Positions 1-9,656 of a stretch of DNA of 64,000 bases are shown piece after piece (positions within the stretch are counted from its first letter, which is position 1; every line of letters begins with the position of its first letter). The notes under the pieces are model-generated. The model was not told where the DNA came from and ran no database searches. It worked only from the letters and a program-made list of their open reading frames with translations. Both the position numbers and the translations under genes were made by a program. The stretch comes from a virus. The DNA is taken from positions 1-64,000 of IMG/VR virus record IMGVR_UViG_3300036852_000741. One strand, 5' to 3'.

Positions 1-234
1 TCAGCCGTTCTCCTCTCGCACCGTGTAGGCGCGGATTGCGGGGCCGGCGCCCTCGGCCAGCCCCAGTTTCTCTGCCACGACCCCGCCGAGCACCTCGACG
101 TGCGCGACCTGCCTCACCGTGGATAGCAGCCCGTCGCCCTGGCGAATCTCGACCTCCGCGAGACGCCCGAGCAACACTGGCTCGGCGCTCACGCGATCGA
201 AGTTCTCGGCCGGGACCACGACCACGAGCCTCAT
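1..234 (-). CDS. hypothetical protein
   Basis: ATG at 234 overlaps the stop of 231..434 (ATGA coupling). Confidence 0.55.
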   Translation of the reverse strand: MRLVVVVPAENFDRVSAEPVLLGRLAEVEIRQGDGLLSTVRQVAHVEVLGGVVAEKLGLAEGAGPAIRAYTVREENG

Positions 235-434
235 TGGATGACGAACTCGATCTTGGCCACGCATTCCAGCGGGAAGTCCACTCCGCTGATCGTCGCGAAC
301 GCCGAGGTTGTCGCCACCCGCTGCACCACTCCCGTGAGCACCGCCGGCTCGCACGGTTCCCGCAGCGTCACGCTCACCGGCAGCCCTGTCAGCAGCGCCT
401 TGCGCAGCCTCCGGTCGGCGTCCTTGGGGCGCAT
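231..434 (-). CDS. hypothetical protein
   Basis: 67 aa ORF in a tightly packed minus-strand operon. Confidence 0.55.
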   Translation of the reverse strand: MRPKDADRRLRKALLTGLPVSVTLREPCEPAVLTGVVQRVATTSAFATISGVDFPLECVAKIEFVIQ

Positions 435-437
435 CGC

Positions 438-887
438 TCACGCGATGTACGTCCGCTCGATGAAGGGCTCCTCACCCAGCGCGCGGGCGAATGCCAGATT
501 GGCCTCGGTCAGGCACCGGCGGGGGATGCGCCTGAAGGCAAGTTCGTGGTGCGAATGGCAGCGCTCGCATACGCAAAGCCCGACCTCGGGCGCCCACAGC
601 AGGTCGGCCGGCGCTACCCCACGCGCACGAGCGATGCGCTTCAGACGATGCTGACTCACCACATGGTGGCCCTCCAGGGTGCGCCGTGAGCCGCACACGG
701 CACACGCGGCCCCCCTGGGTACCACTGCCTCGATCCACGCCCTCATCAGCGCCTGCTCGTACACGGTGGGCGCTGGGCGTGGCCGGCGCCCCAGGGTACC
801 CGCGCCCCGGGGCATCGGTGCGTGACGCTCCAGCGACCCGACGCCGCGCGTCAGGGGGGTTCTACGCGCCAGAGCGCCACGCCTCAT
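438..887 (-). CDS. HNH endonuclease
   Basis: CAVCG..LEGHH..VCERCHSHH zinc/HNH motifs. Confidence 0.75.
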   Translation of the reverse strand: MRRGALARRTPLTRGVGSLERHAPMPRGAGTLGRRPRPAPTVYEQALMRAWIEAVVPRGAACAVCGSRRTLEGHHVVSQHRLKRIARARGVAPADLLWAPEVGLCVCERCHSHHELAFRRIPRRCLTEANLAFARALGEEPFIERTYIA

Positions 888-1213
888 CGCTGTGGATGCC
901 GACGCTGGTGACGGTTGGAGGGCGGCGGTGGGCCGCCGGGAGCCGGCGGTGCGCCCATGGGGATCGCCTGGGCGATCTGAACCTGCGGCTTGTTGTCCAG
1001 CAGCGCCCTGCCGATGGCCTCTGCCGCCGGCACGAACTCCGGTGGCGCGTCGGGCCCCTTGACCTTGGGCAGCGGAACGTCCACCACGATGCCGCTCTGC
1101 GGGTCCACGAACCGCACGAGCTTTACTGGCAGTGGCGGCAGGTCGGGTCGGGGCGGCGGCAGCACCCCGTCGAGCACGTCGTAGTTCACGTCGGTCAGCG
1201 TGATGTGCAGCAC
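884..1213 (-). CDS. hypothetical proline-rich protein
   Basis: Coupled ORF in operon. Confidence 0.5.
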   Translation of the reverse strand: MLHITLTDVNYDVLDGVLPPPRPDLPPLPVKLVRFVDPQSGIVVDVPLPKVKGPDAPPEFVPAAEAIGRALLDNKPQVQIAQAIPMGAPPAPGGPPPPSNRHQRRHPQR

Positions 1214-1214
1214 G

Positions 1215-1778
1215 CTACGCCTCTGTCTTCGTCAGGCTGGCCGGTGGGAACAGGGTGCTCTGCGGTAGGGCCGCCGGTGAGCCGTCCGCCTTGGTGGGCG
1301 CCACCGCCGGGAGTCCTTCCAGCGTGCGCACGTAGCCGCTGTGGCCCTTCTCGGTGAGCACGAGCACGGCGGCGTCCGAGCCGTTGCGGGTCTTGCGGGT
1401 CCGCCGATCGTCCTGGCGCACGAAGCCGCCCTGGACCAGTTCGGTGATCCGGGCGGTGACCGAGTTGATCGGCTTGCTCAGCCACACCGCGGCCTCGTCG
1501 CGGGTCATGCCCTGCTCGCCGGCTCCGGCGATCGCCGCCAGCACCGCAAAGCGCTGCGAGCCCGAGCGCGGGTAGTTATCCAGGGCGGCCTTACGGCTCG
1601 TTGACGAGCCCGCTACGAAGCCACCCAGATTGTCGTCGTCGGGCCGCTTGATGCCGGCGTACAGCCTGCCGAGCGTCTTGGGCTCGCCGGGCACGTTTTC
1701 CTCGATGAACGCTTCCAGGTGCTCGATGTACTCGCGCGCCTCACCGCGCGTACACCGAGCGAGGTCAGGGCGCCGCAT
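1215..1778 (-). CDS. winged-helix DNA-binding protein
   Basis: GMTRDEAAVWLSKPINSVTARITELVQGGFV..RKTRNG wHTH pattern. Confidence 0.65.
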   Translation of the reverse strand: MRRPDLARCTRGEAREYIEHLEAFIEENVPGEPKTLGRLYAGIKRPDDDNLGGFVAGSSTSRKAALDNYPRSGSQRFAVLAAIAGAGEQGMTRDEAAVWLSKPINSVTARITELVQGGFVRQDDRRTRKTRNGSDAAVLVLTEKGHSGYVRTLEGLPAVAPTKADGSPAALPQSTLFPPASLTKTEA

Positions 1779-1849
1779 CAGGGCAGCGGCAGGATGCCGC
1801 CGATGGTGTGCAGCAGCTTGCAGATCACGTCGATGGTCGTCGCCAGCAT
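1778..1849 (-). CDS. 23-aa peptide MLATTIDVICKLLHTIGGILPLP
   Basis: GGAGG RBS before ATG at 1849; TGA overlaps the ATG of the next gene. Confidence 0.5.
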   Translation of the reverse strand: MLATTIDVICKLLHTIGGILPLP

Positions 1850-1907
1850 GGCGTCCTCCACGGGTCGGGGTTTCCAGACGGGAACCGTACGCAGTACAGC
1901 GGATGGA

Positions 1908-3236
1908 TCAGGCGGCGTCTTCGCGGGCCTGCCGTACGGAGCGCTCCATCGCCTCCAGCAGTGCCGCGTCGGCCTCGGCATCCTCGCCGGAGGCCGGCCT
2001 GGGTGTGTGCGGCTCGAAGCGCGAGGCGGTGGATGAGCGCCACAGCCGGCGCACGTCCGGGGGGCGTCTCTCCAGGCGCGCTAGTTCGACCTCGGCCTGC
2101 ACGTCGTCGGGCGAGGGGGCTGCCGTGCGCGTGTAGGCGCGGTGCCCCCAGACCCGCTCGCCCTTGGCGTCCTTGATCGGGATGGGGCCGTGCCTGTCGG
2201 CCCACACCTTGAGCGCCTCCTTGCCCTTTTTGGCGGCGGCGTCAGCCACGATCGTCTCGGCGGCCACTCGCTCCGCGTCGACCTGGGAGACGATGCGCCC
2301 GGCGTTGCGGGCGGTGGGAAAGATCGGGCAGGCGGTCGGACGAGGACACCACGAACAGTGCGCCCCCGGCGAGGGCGACCACGGCCCGATGAGATTCTCG
2401 TGGGCGACGCGCAGTTCCCGACGGCGAACGGGATCGGTCTCGGCCCGCCGGGCATTGTGCAGCGCCCTGGCCTCGTCTGACCACGGTGCCTTGCCCCGCT
2501 CCACGGCGCGGTCGAAGCGTTCCACCAGGGCCGATAGTTCCGCCTCGATGTTCTCCAGGTCCGAGCGCCACACCGTCGCCTCGCGGGGCTCCGAGCGCCG
2601 CACGTACACCTCGCGCAGCGTCACGCTGTGCACGGAGGGGAAGTTGCGCATCACCAGGAAGGCGTACATGCGCTGCTGGAAGTAGCCGTCGAAGCTCACC
2701 TCAGTCGGCGCCGGCAGACTCCACGTATCCTTCCAGTCGAGCACCGTCGCCCGGTCGGCCTCGGCGCCGAAGATGAACAGGGCGTCCAACTGGCCGGTGA
2801 CGACCCGCTCGACGGTACCGCCCTCGGGGTCGGGGTAGCGCAGCGTAGCGTTCAGGCGCTGCTCCACATCCACCAGGGCCTCGACATCGAGACTCGACTC
2901 GTTGGCCCACTTGACGATCGTCCAGCGCATGTCCTTGACCTGCTCGATCGGCAGGTTCACCACGTCGCGGGGGTCCACATCGGCCTGCCGTAGGCACTCC
3001 AGGAGGATCGCGGTCGCCACGTCAGCGGGGATGGTCTTCTCTCGGCGCTCGTACATCTCCGCCAAGCACTTGGCGAGGGCCCGGTGCAGAACCTGCCCGC
3101 GCGCCTGCTCGTGGGTGCTCCAGCCCTCCTCGTACTCCAGGCCCATCACGGTGGCCAGCGCGCAGCGGTCGAACGCTGCCAGCAACGACTGGCGGACGGC
3201 GGGAAACCGCTCCATGGCGGTCGGGTATGGCGGCAT
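1908..3236 (-). CDS. PD-(D/E)xK RecB/Cas4-like exonuclease
   Basis: G..LH, GQLD, VLDWKD, QxxMY and C-terminal CSWC..CP motifs; CCCGACCAGGGAG RBS upstream. Confidence 0.75.
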   Translation of the reverse strand: MPPYPTAMERFPAVRQSLLAAFDRCALATVMGLEYEEGWSTHEQARGQVLHRALAKCLAEMYERREKTIPADVATAILLECLRQADVDPRDVVNLPIEQVKDMRWTIVKWANESSLDVEALVDVEQRLNATLRYPDPEGGTVERVVTGQLDALFIFGAEADRATVLDWKDTWSLPAPTEVSFDGYFQQRMYAFLVMRNFPSVHSVTLREVYVRRSEPREATVWRSDLENIEAELSALVERFDRAVERGKAPWSDEARALHNARRAETDPVRRRELRVAHENLIGPWSPSPGAHCSWCPRPTACPIFPTARNAGRIVSQVDAERVAAETIVADAAAKKGKEALKVWADRHGPIPIKDAKGERVWGHRAYTRTAAPSPDDVQAEVELARLERRPPDVRRLWRSSTASRFEPHTPRPASGEDAEADAALLEAMERSVRQAREDAA

Positions 3237-3446
3237 CTGTGGGCTCCCTGGTCGGGACGGAACGAGAGCCCATAGTGACGGCCGAGTCGGACGGAAGCCG
3301 ACAGACTCAGCGCCGACTCGTAAGCCGGCGCTGGCCCCATACCCGCAAAGGAATGGACCCCAATGCTAACCCAAGTGCGCATACCATGTGTATCACGCCG
3401 TACGCCATCGTGACTGACGCCATACACAATGGTGTATGGCATGAGA

Positions 3447-4595
3447 CTACGCCGCAGCGTCTGCCCACGGTCCCCATGCGGCTTCTAGCTGCTTGAGCGG
3501 AACGCGCGTCGCATCCGTGCTTGCTCTTGGTGCGGGCGCATCCATGGCTTCCAGAAAGCGATCGCACTCGTCGCGCAGGTTGGCCACGCTGGCGCGAACC
3601 CGCTCACGCATCGCGTCTGGCACTTCGGTAGCGATCGGAACTGTCACGCGAAACGAAGTGGCGTACTCGCGCGAGACGATCGCCAGGCGACGGAAGAAGG
3701 CCATCGCGCTCCACGCCTGTGCGTCGCGCTCCTGCACGCGCTTGCGCTCCGCCTGCTCGTTCTCCCAGCGCTCCATCTTCTGCGCCTCCGCGTAGGTCGT
3801 GGACGGCGAGCCCAGCAGTCGCTCGCGGACCGTCGGACTGGCCCGGTCCAGGAACTCCAGGACTTCAGGGAAGCCACCGCCGCCGGGGACCTTGCCGCTG
3901 AGCGCCTTCCGGCCAAGCGCTACCTGCTCGTTCTCGGACAGGCCGGAGCCGGTGAGCGCCGCTCCCACGTTGAGGTCGAGCCTGTGCTCCAGCAGCAGGG
4001 TCTGCACTCCCGGGGCTGCGTTCTTGACGATGCGTACCGAGCGGTCGGCGTGCTGACCGCCGGGTGCCGGGTTGCTCTTGTCGGCGAAGCGCCTGGCCAT
4101 CTTCTTCTTGGTCTCGGGGGGCATGTTGGCTTTGGCGAGTGCGCGGGCGTCCTCGCGCCCGATTTCTCCGTTCTCCGCCATGTCGGCCACCTCGTCGGGC
4201 AGGTTGAGCATCGCCATGAGGCTGGTGATCGTCGCCTCCGTCGTCCCCACGTAGGCGGCGAGTATGGCGTGGCCGACCTTGCCGTCGCTGGACTCGGCGC
4301 GCAGCATCTCGCGCAGGTCGCGCAGCGCCCGCGCCTTGGCCATCGGCGTGAGGTGGGACTTGGCCATCTCGTCCGACAGCCTCAACGCCAACGCCCCCAC
4401 CTCGGTGGCCTGGATGACGTGTGGCGTGACCTCCAGGCCGAGGCGTTCGGCGGCCTGCCGGCGGCCCTCTCCCAGGACGACCTCGCCGCTGGGCAGGGTG
4501 ACGACCGGCTGGGCGAGGCCGAAGCGCCGGATGGACTCGATCAGGTCGGGGGACGGCTCTGGGCGTGGCAGATGCCGTGGGGGCTTGAGGGGCAT
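3447..4595 (-). CDS. ParB/Srx N-terminal domain protein with HTH
   Basis: LIESIRRFGLAQPVV..VLGEGRRQAA ParB box followed by a helical HTH-like region. Confidence 0.7.
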   Translation of the reverse strand: MPLKPPRHLPRPEPSPDLIESIRRFGLAQPVVTLPSGEVVLGEGRRQAAERLGLEVTPHVIQATEVGALALRLSDEMAKSHLTPMAKARALRDLREMLRAESSDGKVGHAILAAYVGTTEATITSLMAMLNLPDEVADMAENGEIGREDARALAKANMPPETKKKMARRFADKSNPAPGGQHADRSVRIVKNAAPGVQTLLLEHRLDLNVGAALTGSGLSENEQVALGRKALSGKVPGGGGFPEVLEFLDRASPTVRERLLGSPSTTYAEAQKMERWENEQAERKRVQERDAQAWSAMAFFRRLAIVSREYATSFRVTVPIATEVPDAMRERVRASVANLRDECDRFLEAMDAPAPRASTDATRVPLKQLEAAWGPWADAAA

Positions 4596-4668
4596 GGTTC
4601 CTCCGAACAGACGTGGGGGGGGGAAACCCCGCGATCGCGCGATTTCCCCCCCAGGTTGAGATAGCCGA

Positions 4669-5280
4669 CTACGCCGTGGGCGGCGCCTGGGCGGGCGTGC
4701 CCTCCTCCGGCGGGACGCCGCCGCCGAGCGCCCTGCGCGTGCGGTCCATCGCCTCCAGGATCGCCTTCTCGGCGAAGGGGGCGAGCGCCGGGATGCGCCC
4801 GACGGTCTCCAGGGTGCCGCGCGCGAAGTTGCCGGCCGCCGACTCCAGGCGGCTGACGGTCGGCTGGTAGTAGCGCTCGTCCACCATTTCCGGGTTGGCG
4901 GTGAACACGCGCCCCACGCGCTTCTGCTTGGTCACGATCCCGCCGGGCCCCGGCACGTGGCGGATCGCCGGCCAGGTGATGAGCCAGCCCGGCTCGCCGC
5001 CGTTGCTCAGGGCCTGCTGGACCGTTCCGGTCACCCCCGGCGCCGCGACCTGGGAGACCAACTCCACGAGGTCGTCGTCCTCGACGCCGAAGAACTTGGC
5101 CGCGGTCTCGGCGTGCAGGATGACCCGCTCGTCGGCCTCGGCGGGCGTGTCCGCCCTGTGGTCGGTCCGGTACAGCGGCGCCAGCATCTCGCCCAACCGC
5201 TTGCGCTCGATGCGGCCGGCGATGGACAGCAGGTCCTTCTGGCGCAACGCTGCGAGCGCGCGCTCTGACTGGATAGGCAT
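4669..5280 (-). CDS. hypothetical protein upstream of ParB-like gene
   Basis: AAGGAGG RBS upstream; about 203 aa. Confidence 0.6.
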   Translation of the reverse strand: MPIQSERALAALRQKDLLSIAGRIERKRLGEMLAPLYRTDHRADTPAEADERVILHAETAAKFFGVEDDDLVELVSQVAAPGVTGTVQQALSNGGEPGWLITWPAIRHVPGPGGIVTKQKRVGRVFTANPEMVDERYYQPTVSRLESAAGNFARGTLETVGRIPALAPFAEKAILEAMDRTRRALGGGVPPEEGTPAQAPPTA

Positions 5281-5529
5281 GAGGGCCAATCCTCCTTTGC
5301 GGGTATGGGACGGCGCCGACGCATTCGGCCGCTGCCCGATTTATTGCGCCCCGCCTTCCCCACCGAGCAGCCTGCCATAAACAGCTTTAGCGCGTCAAGT
5401 CGTGCGCCTGTATGGGCCGTCCGGCCCTCCGGCGATACTGCGCCCGCGGAGGTTCATTGGATAGCCCGCCCTGACGCCGAAAGGCACCTTCGGGAAGGGG
5501 TCGCACGGGCGTTGTGGTTCCTTCTGGCC

Positions 5530-5560
5530 CAGCGCCCCCGGCTAACCACCGGGGGCGCTG
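5530..5560 (-). terminator. GC hairpin, probable terminator
   Basis: CAGCGCCCCCGG..CCGGGGGCGCTG just after the stop at 5567. Confidence 0.5.
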
Positions 5561-5566
5561 GGCTTT

Positions 5567-5854
5567 CTAGCTCTTGTACAGGCTCAAGATGAAGCCGTTG
5601 TAGGGCTCGGCGTGGATGCCCGCGAGGTTGTCGAGGACCGCGCGGGTGGTGGCGTCCTCGCCACCGCTGGCGTCCATCGCCCACTCGTACGGGCCCTCCT
5701 CCCAGACGACCTGAGCCGTGGCGCCGGAGCCCCAGCCGAAGCGAGCCATCTCCTCCTCGCCCCAGATGAGGATGCCCTTGGCCTCGGCCTCGTCCAGCCT
5801 GTAGCGCGTGATGAGCGCCTTGCGGATGCGCTGTGCTGCCTGCCGGCCGGTCAT
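5567..5854 (-). CDS. hypothetical phage protein
   Basis: VVWEEGPYEW..AEPYNG; coupled to upstream ORF. Confidence 0.6.
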   Translation of the reverse strand: MTGRQAAQRIRKALITRYRLDEAEAKGILIWGEEEMARFGWGSGATAQVVWEEGPYEWAMDASGGEDATTRAVLDNLAGIHAEPYNGFILSLYKS

Positions 5855-6126
5855 GCCCAAACCCCCTTCTTGTAGAGCCGTCCGTAGGCGTTGTCGTCGG
5901 ACGCTCGGTGAGCGGCGCTGACGGCCTCCTGCGCCTCGCGCAGCTTGTCGGCCGCCTCGATGAGCAGGTTTGCCTCCTTCGTCCACTCGCTCGCCCGAGC
6001 CTCGCCGTCCTCCCACGTCGAGTTGTCGTGCGCCGTCTCGGCGCGCGCGCGGAGCACTTCGATGATCGCGTCGATCGCCTCGTACGGACTGGCGACGGCG
6101 CCCTTGCGGATCGTGCTAATCAGCAT
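5851..6126 (-). CDS. hypothetical protein
   Basis: Coupled helical ORF. Confidence 0.55.
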   Translation of the reverse strand: MLISTIRKGAVASPYEAIDAIIEVLRARAETAHDNSTWEDGEARASEWTKEANLLIEAADKLREAQEAVSAAHRASDDNAYGRLYKKGVWA

Positions 6127-6356
6127 GTTGCCCACCCGTAGCGCTCCATGGCGGCGGTGAAGCCGATCCCCAGCTTGGCCTTGGTGGCGGCGGCCTCCTC
6201 GACCATCGCGATCATCTCGGTGCGCAGGATCATCTTGCGCCCGCAGGTGGTCTTGACCTCCATCGCGGCGGTGGCCAGGTTTGCCTTGACCGTCTCGTAC
6301 CCAGCCGCCACCGTCAGTGTCCGCCCGGTGGTCAGCGTCAGCGTCGTGGCTTCCAT
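6120..6356 (-). CDS. hypothetical protein
   Basis: CCCGACCAAGGAG RBS at 6363-6375. Confidence 0.6.
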   Translation of the reverse strand: MEATTLTLTTGRTLTVAAGYETVKANLATAAMEVKTTCGRKMILRTEMIAMVEEAAATKAKLGIGFTAAMERYGWATC

Positions 6357-6416
6357 CGTGGGCTCCTTGGTCGGGACGCGACCCCTTTTGGCCGCACACA
6401 CATGGTACCACAATGC

Positions 6417-6431
6417 GCTCACGATGTGAGC
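6417..6431 (-). promoter_or_regulatory. operator palindrome upstream of extended -10
   Basis: GCTCAC-GAT-GTGAGC, then TGTGGTACCAT on the minus strand. Confidence 0.7.
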
Positions 6432-6482
6432 ACTGTAACGGGCTTTCAACCGGGCCCTTGAGAGTGCCTTCAGTACGCCGAG

Positions 6483-6842
6483 CTAGTCCCCGAACACGAA
6501 GACCGCCCTTCTGCGGGCCGGCATGATCGCCGGCACGAAGTCGCGCGACCGCACGGCCACCGGCTGGAGGGCAAGCTCGCTCAGCGCCCCCAGCCAGGGG
6601 GCGCCGACGTTGATGGTGTTGACCGGCTCGGGGCGCCCGTACCCGCCGTAATACTGGCGGTCGAGCATCTTGCTCCCGCCCGCCCCGGCGGCGAACGCCG
6701 CCAGCCACCCGCTGGTTGCGTCCAGGCTGCGCGCCCAGATCGGCCCGGCGTCCGCAAGCGCCGGGAACAGCCGCGTGACGGTTGCCACCGGCTCGGGGAC
6801 TAGTTCAGCCAGGCCCGCGCCGGTGTCGGCCAGGTAGGCCAT
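6483..6842 (-). CDS. hypothetical protein (virion-associated?)
   Basis: Abuts 6843..7721. Confidence 0.5.
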   Translation of the reverse strand: MAYLADTGAGLAELVPEPVATVTRLFPALADAGPIWARSLDATSGWLAAFAAGAGGSKMLDRQYYGGYGRPEPVNTINVGAPWLGALSELALQPVAVRSRDFVPAIMPARRRAVFVFGD

Positions 6843-7721
6843 CTACTCGTAGCGCATGAGCAGGCAACTATTGGCGGACCCGGTGCCTCGGCCGAAGATG
6901 CTCGCGGCGTTTGAGGGCACCCCGACCGGCAGATAGGTGTGAGCCGCGCCGTACATGTTGACCGTGATGGGCACTAGCGCCTGGATGTCTGTTGCCATGT
7001 ACGACAGCAGGCCCAGGCGCGGGTTGATGATGCGCCCATACCAGCCGAAGTGAGGAAAGACCCCAACGTCTGCGCCAACGACCGCTGTCGTGCCGGGGGC
7101 GCTGAACGCGAAGGGCGACGCCTCCACCGCCGGGATCGCGCCGGTGAACGGGATCATCTGCTCCTGGAACGCCTGCGACGTGCTTGCCGCCTTCCACATC
7201 GAGGTGAGGATGCCCGACGAGTCGTCTGCTCCCGCGGCGTCCTTGGTGCGCTCGACGCTGAAGCCGTGGCAGTAGGAGACCGCGCTGGGCCACATCACCA
7301 GGTGGATGCGGTCGGCCGCCCCCGAGACGTAGAAGTAGCTCGTGGTCGTCTGGGCGTTGTAGGCCGCGGCCTGATAGCGGGTGCCGACCTGGCCGGTGAG
7401 GGTCCCCGCACCGTTGGTCCCGGTGGCCACCGTCAGCCACATCCCCGTGGAGGTGGCCGAGCTTATCCCGGTGCCGTACTCCAGCTTGAGAAACACCGGC
7501 TTGGTCGCCTGAAGCGAGTCGTTGAACCGCCAGATTTCGTAGCCGGCGACGCCATTGGCTGCCGTGGGCCGGGCCACCGTTGCCCAGTCGATCTGGCCGG
7601 TGTCGGCGGCCTTTATCAGGCTCACGGCGGCCAACTGCGCCGAGACCGCTGAGCCCCAGGTGCGGAACTCCGCGTCGGTCGTGGCCTGCTGGGGATACGG
7701 ACCGACCTGTGCGAAGGCCAT
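6843..7721 (-). CDS. probable virion/tail-associated protein
   Basis: Beta-rich, T/G/A-rich; IDWATV..GYEIWRFNDSLQ..FLKLEYG resembles actinophage minor structural proteins. Confidence 0.5.
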   Translation of the reverse strand: MAFAQVGPYPQQATTDAEFRTWGSAVSAQLAAVSLIKAADTGQIDWATVARPTAANGVAGYEIWRFNDSLQATKPVFLKLEYGTGISSATSTGMWLTVATGTNGAGTLTGQVGTRYQAAAYNAQTTTSYFYVSGAADRIHLVMWPSAVSYCHGFSVERTKDAAGADDSSGILTSMWKAASTSQAFQEQMIPFTGAIPAVEASPFAFSAPGTTAVVGADVGVFPHFGWYGRIINPRLGLLSYMATDIQALVPITVNMYGAAHTYLPVGVPSNAASIFGRGTGSANSCLLMRYE

Positions 7722-7727
7722 CTGCGC

Positions 7728-8228
7728 TCACACCTCCCGGTAGGTCAGATTGGCCTGCACCGGCCGTCCTGCGGCCGACAGGTTGACGATCAGCGGCGTG
7801 TCGGGCGGGCCGTCGTGCATCTCGCGGTGAGTGAACGCCCCAGGCGCTCCCAGGTTCCAGCGGTAGATCGCGTCTCCGTCGGCACCGAACTTCACGATGA
7901 CGAGCACCTCGCCGGTGTTGGTCTCGCTCGTGCTCAGCCCGATCCAGTAGAAGCGGATCGCGTTGCCGGACGCCGGGGTGAGCACCGTGTTGTCGCCCAG
8001 CGCGCTGACTTCGACGGCCAGCGGCAGCCGGCCCGGCAGCCCGTAGCCGTCGTCGCTGACCGGCATGGGCTGCTCGGGCGACACGTCGTTGAACGCGCCG
8101 TCCGCGCCCCAGCCCGCCTTGACGCGCTGTGCGTGCTCCGGGGCGACCGAGGCACCGTTGCGTGTGGTCACCTCATCGGTCGCGATGCTCGCGCCGGACC
8201 CGGGGGTGACGGGGATGTTGTCGGCCAC
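7728..8228 (-). CDS. probable virion-associated protein
   Basis: MADNIPVTPGSGASIATDEV..QRVK.GWGADG N-terminus resembles phage appendage proteins. Confidence 0.5.
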   Translation of the reverse strand: MADNIPVTPGSGASIATDEVTTRNGASVAPEHAQRVKAGWGADGAFNDVSPEQPMPVSDDGYGLPGRLPLAVEVSALGDNTVLTPASGNAIRFYWIGLSTSETNTGEVLVIVKFGADGDAIYRWNLGAPGAFTHREMHDGPPDTPLIVNLSAAGRPVQANLTYREV

Positions 8229-8401
8229 GCCCGTAGCGTAAGCCCGCGCAGCGGCGGGTCGGGATGTAGGCTGCCCGCGACGCCTGCACCGGCTTGGGCG
8301 TGACCGTTCGGATTCTCACCCCGCATACGACGGGCGGCAGGTCCGCCTCGGCACGGGCTTACCCCGGCGGCTGTAGTGAGACGGCCGCCGGGGGACAGGC
8401 G

Positions 8402-9481
8402 TCAGGCCGCTTCGCCTTCCTCCGGCGGGGGCAGCGTGGGCTCGAACGGCTCGTTGGGCGCGGGGTCGGGAGTCGGCGTGGGCTCCAGCGGCTCGACGGG
8501 CTCCTCCTCGCGCGCGGGCTCGTCAGGCTCCTCGACTGGCACCTCGCCGTCGATCACCAACGCCTCCTCGTCGTCCCAGCGCAGCCGCTGGCCGTCGAGC
8601 GCGGCGAGCCCATCCGGCGGCTGCGGAGCGACGCCTCCGCGGCTTGAGATGAAGTCCACCAACTCCTGGGCGAACACCCGACGGTCGGCGGTGCTGCGGC
8701 CCCGCAGCAGGGCCAGCACCTTCTGGGGTCGGTAGGCATTGCGGCGCACCTCGTTGGCGTTGTCCACCAGCGTCTGGAGGTAGTCGGCCAGCGCTGGGTC
8801 GTCGCCCCACTCGATCACCGACGCCCGCGTCAACGAGGCCGGCTCGGGCCCGCCGACCTCCTCCTCGACCAGCAGCCCGGTGATCGAGAACGCCAGGCGC
8901 AGCGCCGTGCTCTGGGCGACCTTCAAGATCATCGCGCTGGGGTGGCGCTTCCAGAACTTCGAGTTCTCCTTGTTGTACTCGGCGAAGCGCGAGTAGAAGC
9001 CAATCGGCCTGGCGCGGTCTGAGCGCCATACCTGCGCCCACGCGCCGATCACCTTGCCGGTGAGATGCTGCTCCCCCCACTCGTGGACGAACTCGCGGGT
9101 GTCCCGGTCGCGGGTGAGCTTGTCGCCCTCGACCACCACGTCGGAGTCCATGCCGTCGAACTCGTCGTAGCGCTCGGCGATTGACAGCAGCCCGTCGCGG
9201 CCCACGAGGATCGCCACTGGCTGGCCGTCGCCCATCTTGGCCGCCCATATCTGGCGTGCGAATGGGTCCAAGCCGTAGCGGGCGGCAAGCTCCAGGAACA
9301 TCACGAACTCAGCCGGCGAGCACTCGCGCGCCACCGTCTGCTTGATTGCCTCGACCTGCTCGGGCTCCCACGAGAAGCGAGCCGGCGAGGTCAAGTCGGT
9401 GGTGTTGCGTGGCAGACGCGCGATCGCTGCGGGCGGATCGGGCTCGGCGGTGGGGGATTTCTCGACAGGGTGGGGCGACAT
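8402..9481 (-). CDS. bet: ssDNA-annealing recombinase, Bet/RecT family
   Basis: EFVMFLELAARYGLDPFARQIW, GRDGL, W.RHPSAMILKVAQSTALRLAF; RBS at 9488-9500. Confidence 0.85.
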   Translation of the reverse strand: MSPHPVEKSPTAEPDPPAAIARLPRNTTDLTSPARFSWEPEQVEAIKQTVARECSPAEFVMFLELAARYGLDPFARQIWAAKMGDGQPVAILVGRDGLLSIAERYDEFDGMDSDVVVEGDKLTRDRDTREFVHEWGEQHLTGKVIGAWAQVWRSDRARPIGFYSRFAEYNKENSKFWKRHPSAMILKVAQSTALRLAFSITGLLVEEEVGGPEPASLTRASVIEWGDDPALADYLQTLVDNANEVRRNAYRPQKVLALLRGRSTADRRVFAQELVDFISSRGGVAPQPPDGLAALDGQRLRWDDEEALVIDGEVPVEEPDEPAREEEPVEPLEPTPTPDPAPNEPFEPTLPPPEEGEAA

Positions 9482-9656
9482 GGCGGTCTCCTTGGTCGGG
9501 TCGATCACAGCGCCCGGCAGGCTACAGCGCGCTGCGGACGCCATCCCGGAAGCGATTTGCTCTCGGCCGGCTCCGCCGGTTGACTCGCGCAGGGCCAAGG
9601 CGTATCTTGCTCAAAGCTCGCGGAACCGCCACGAGCGATGACCAAGGGAGGACCCG

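Noticed and set aside
1908-3236. Cas4 as part of a CRISPR-Cas locus
   Set aside because: No cas1/cas2 or array; the context with Bet, DnaB and RusA fits a phage recombination exonuclease.
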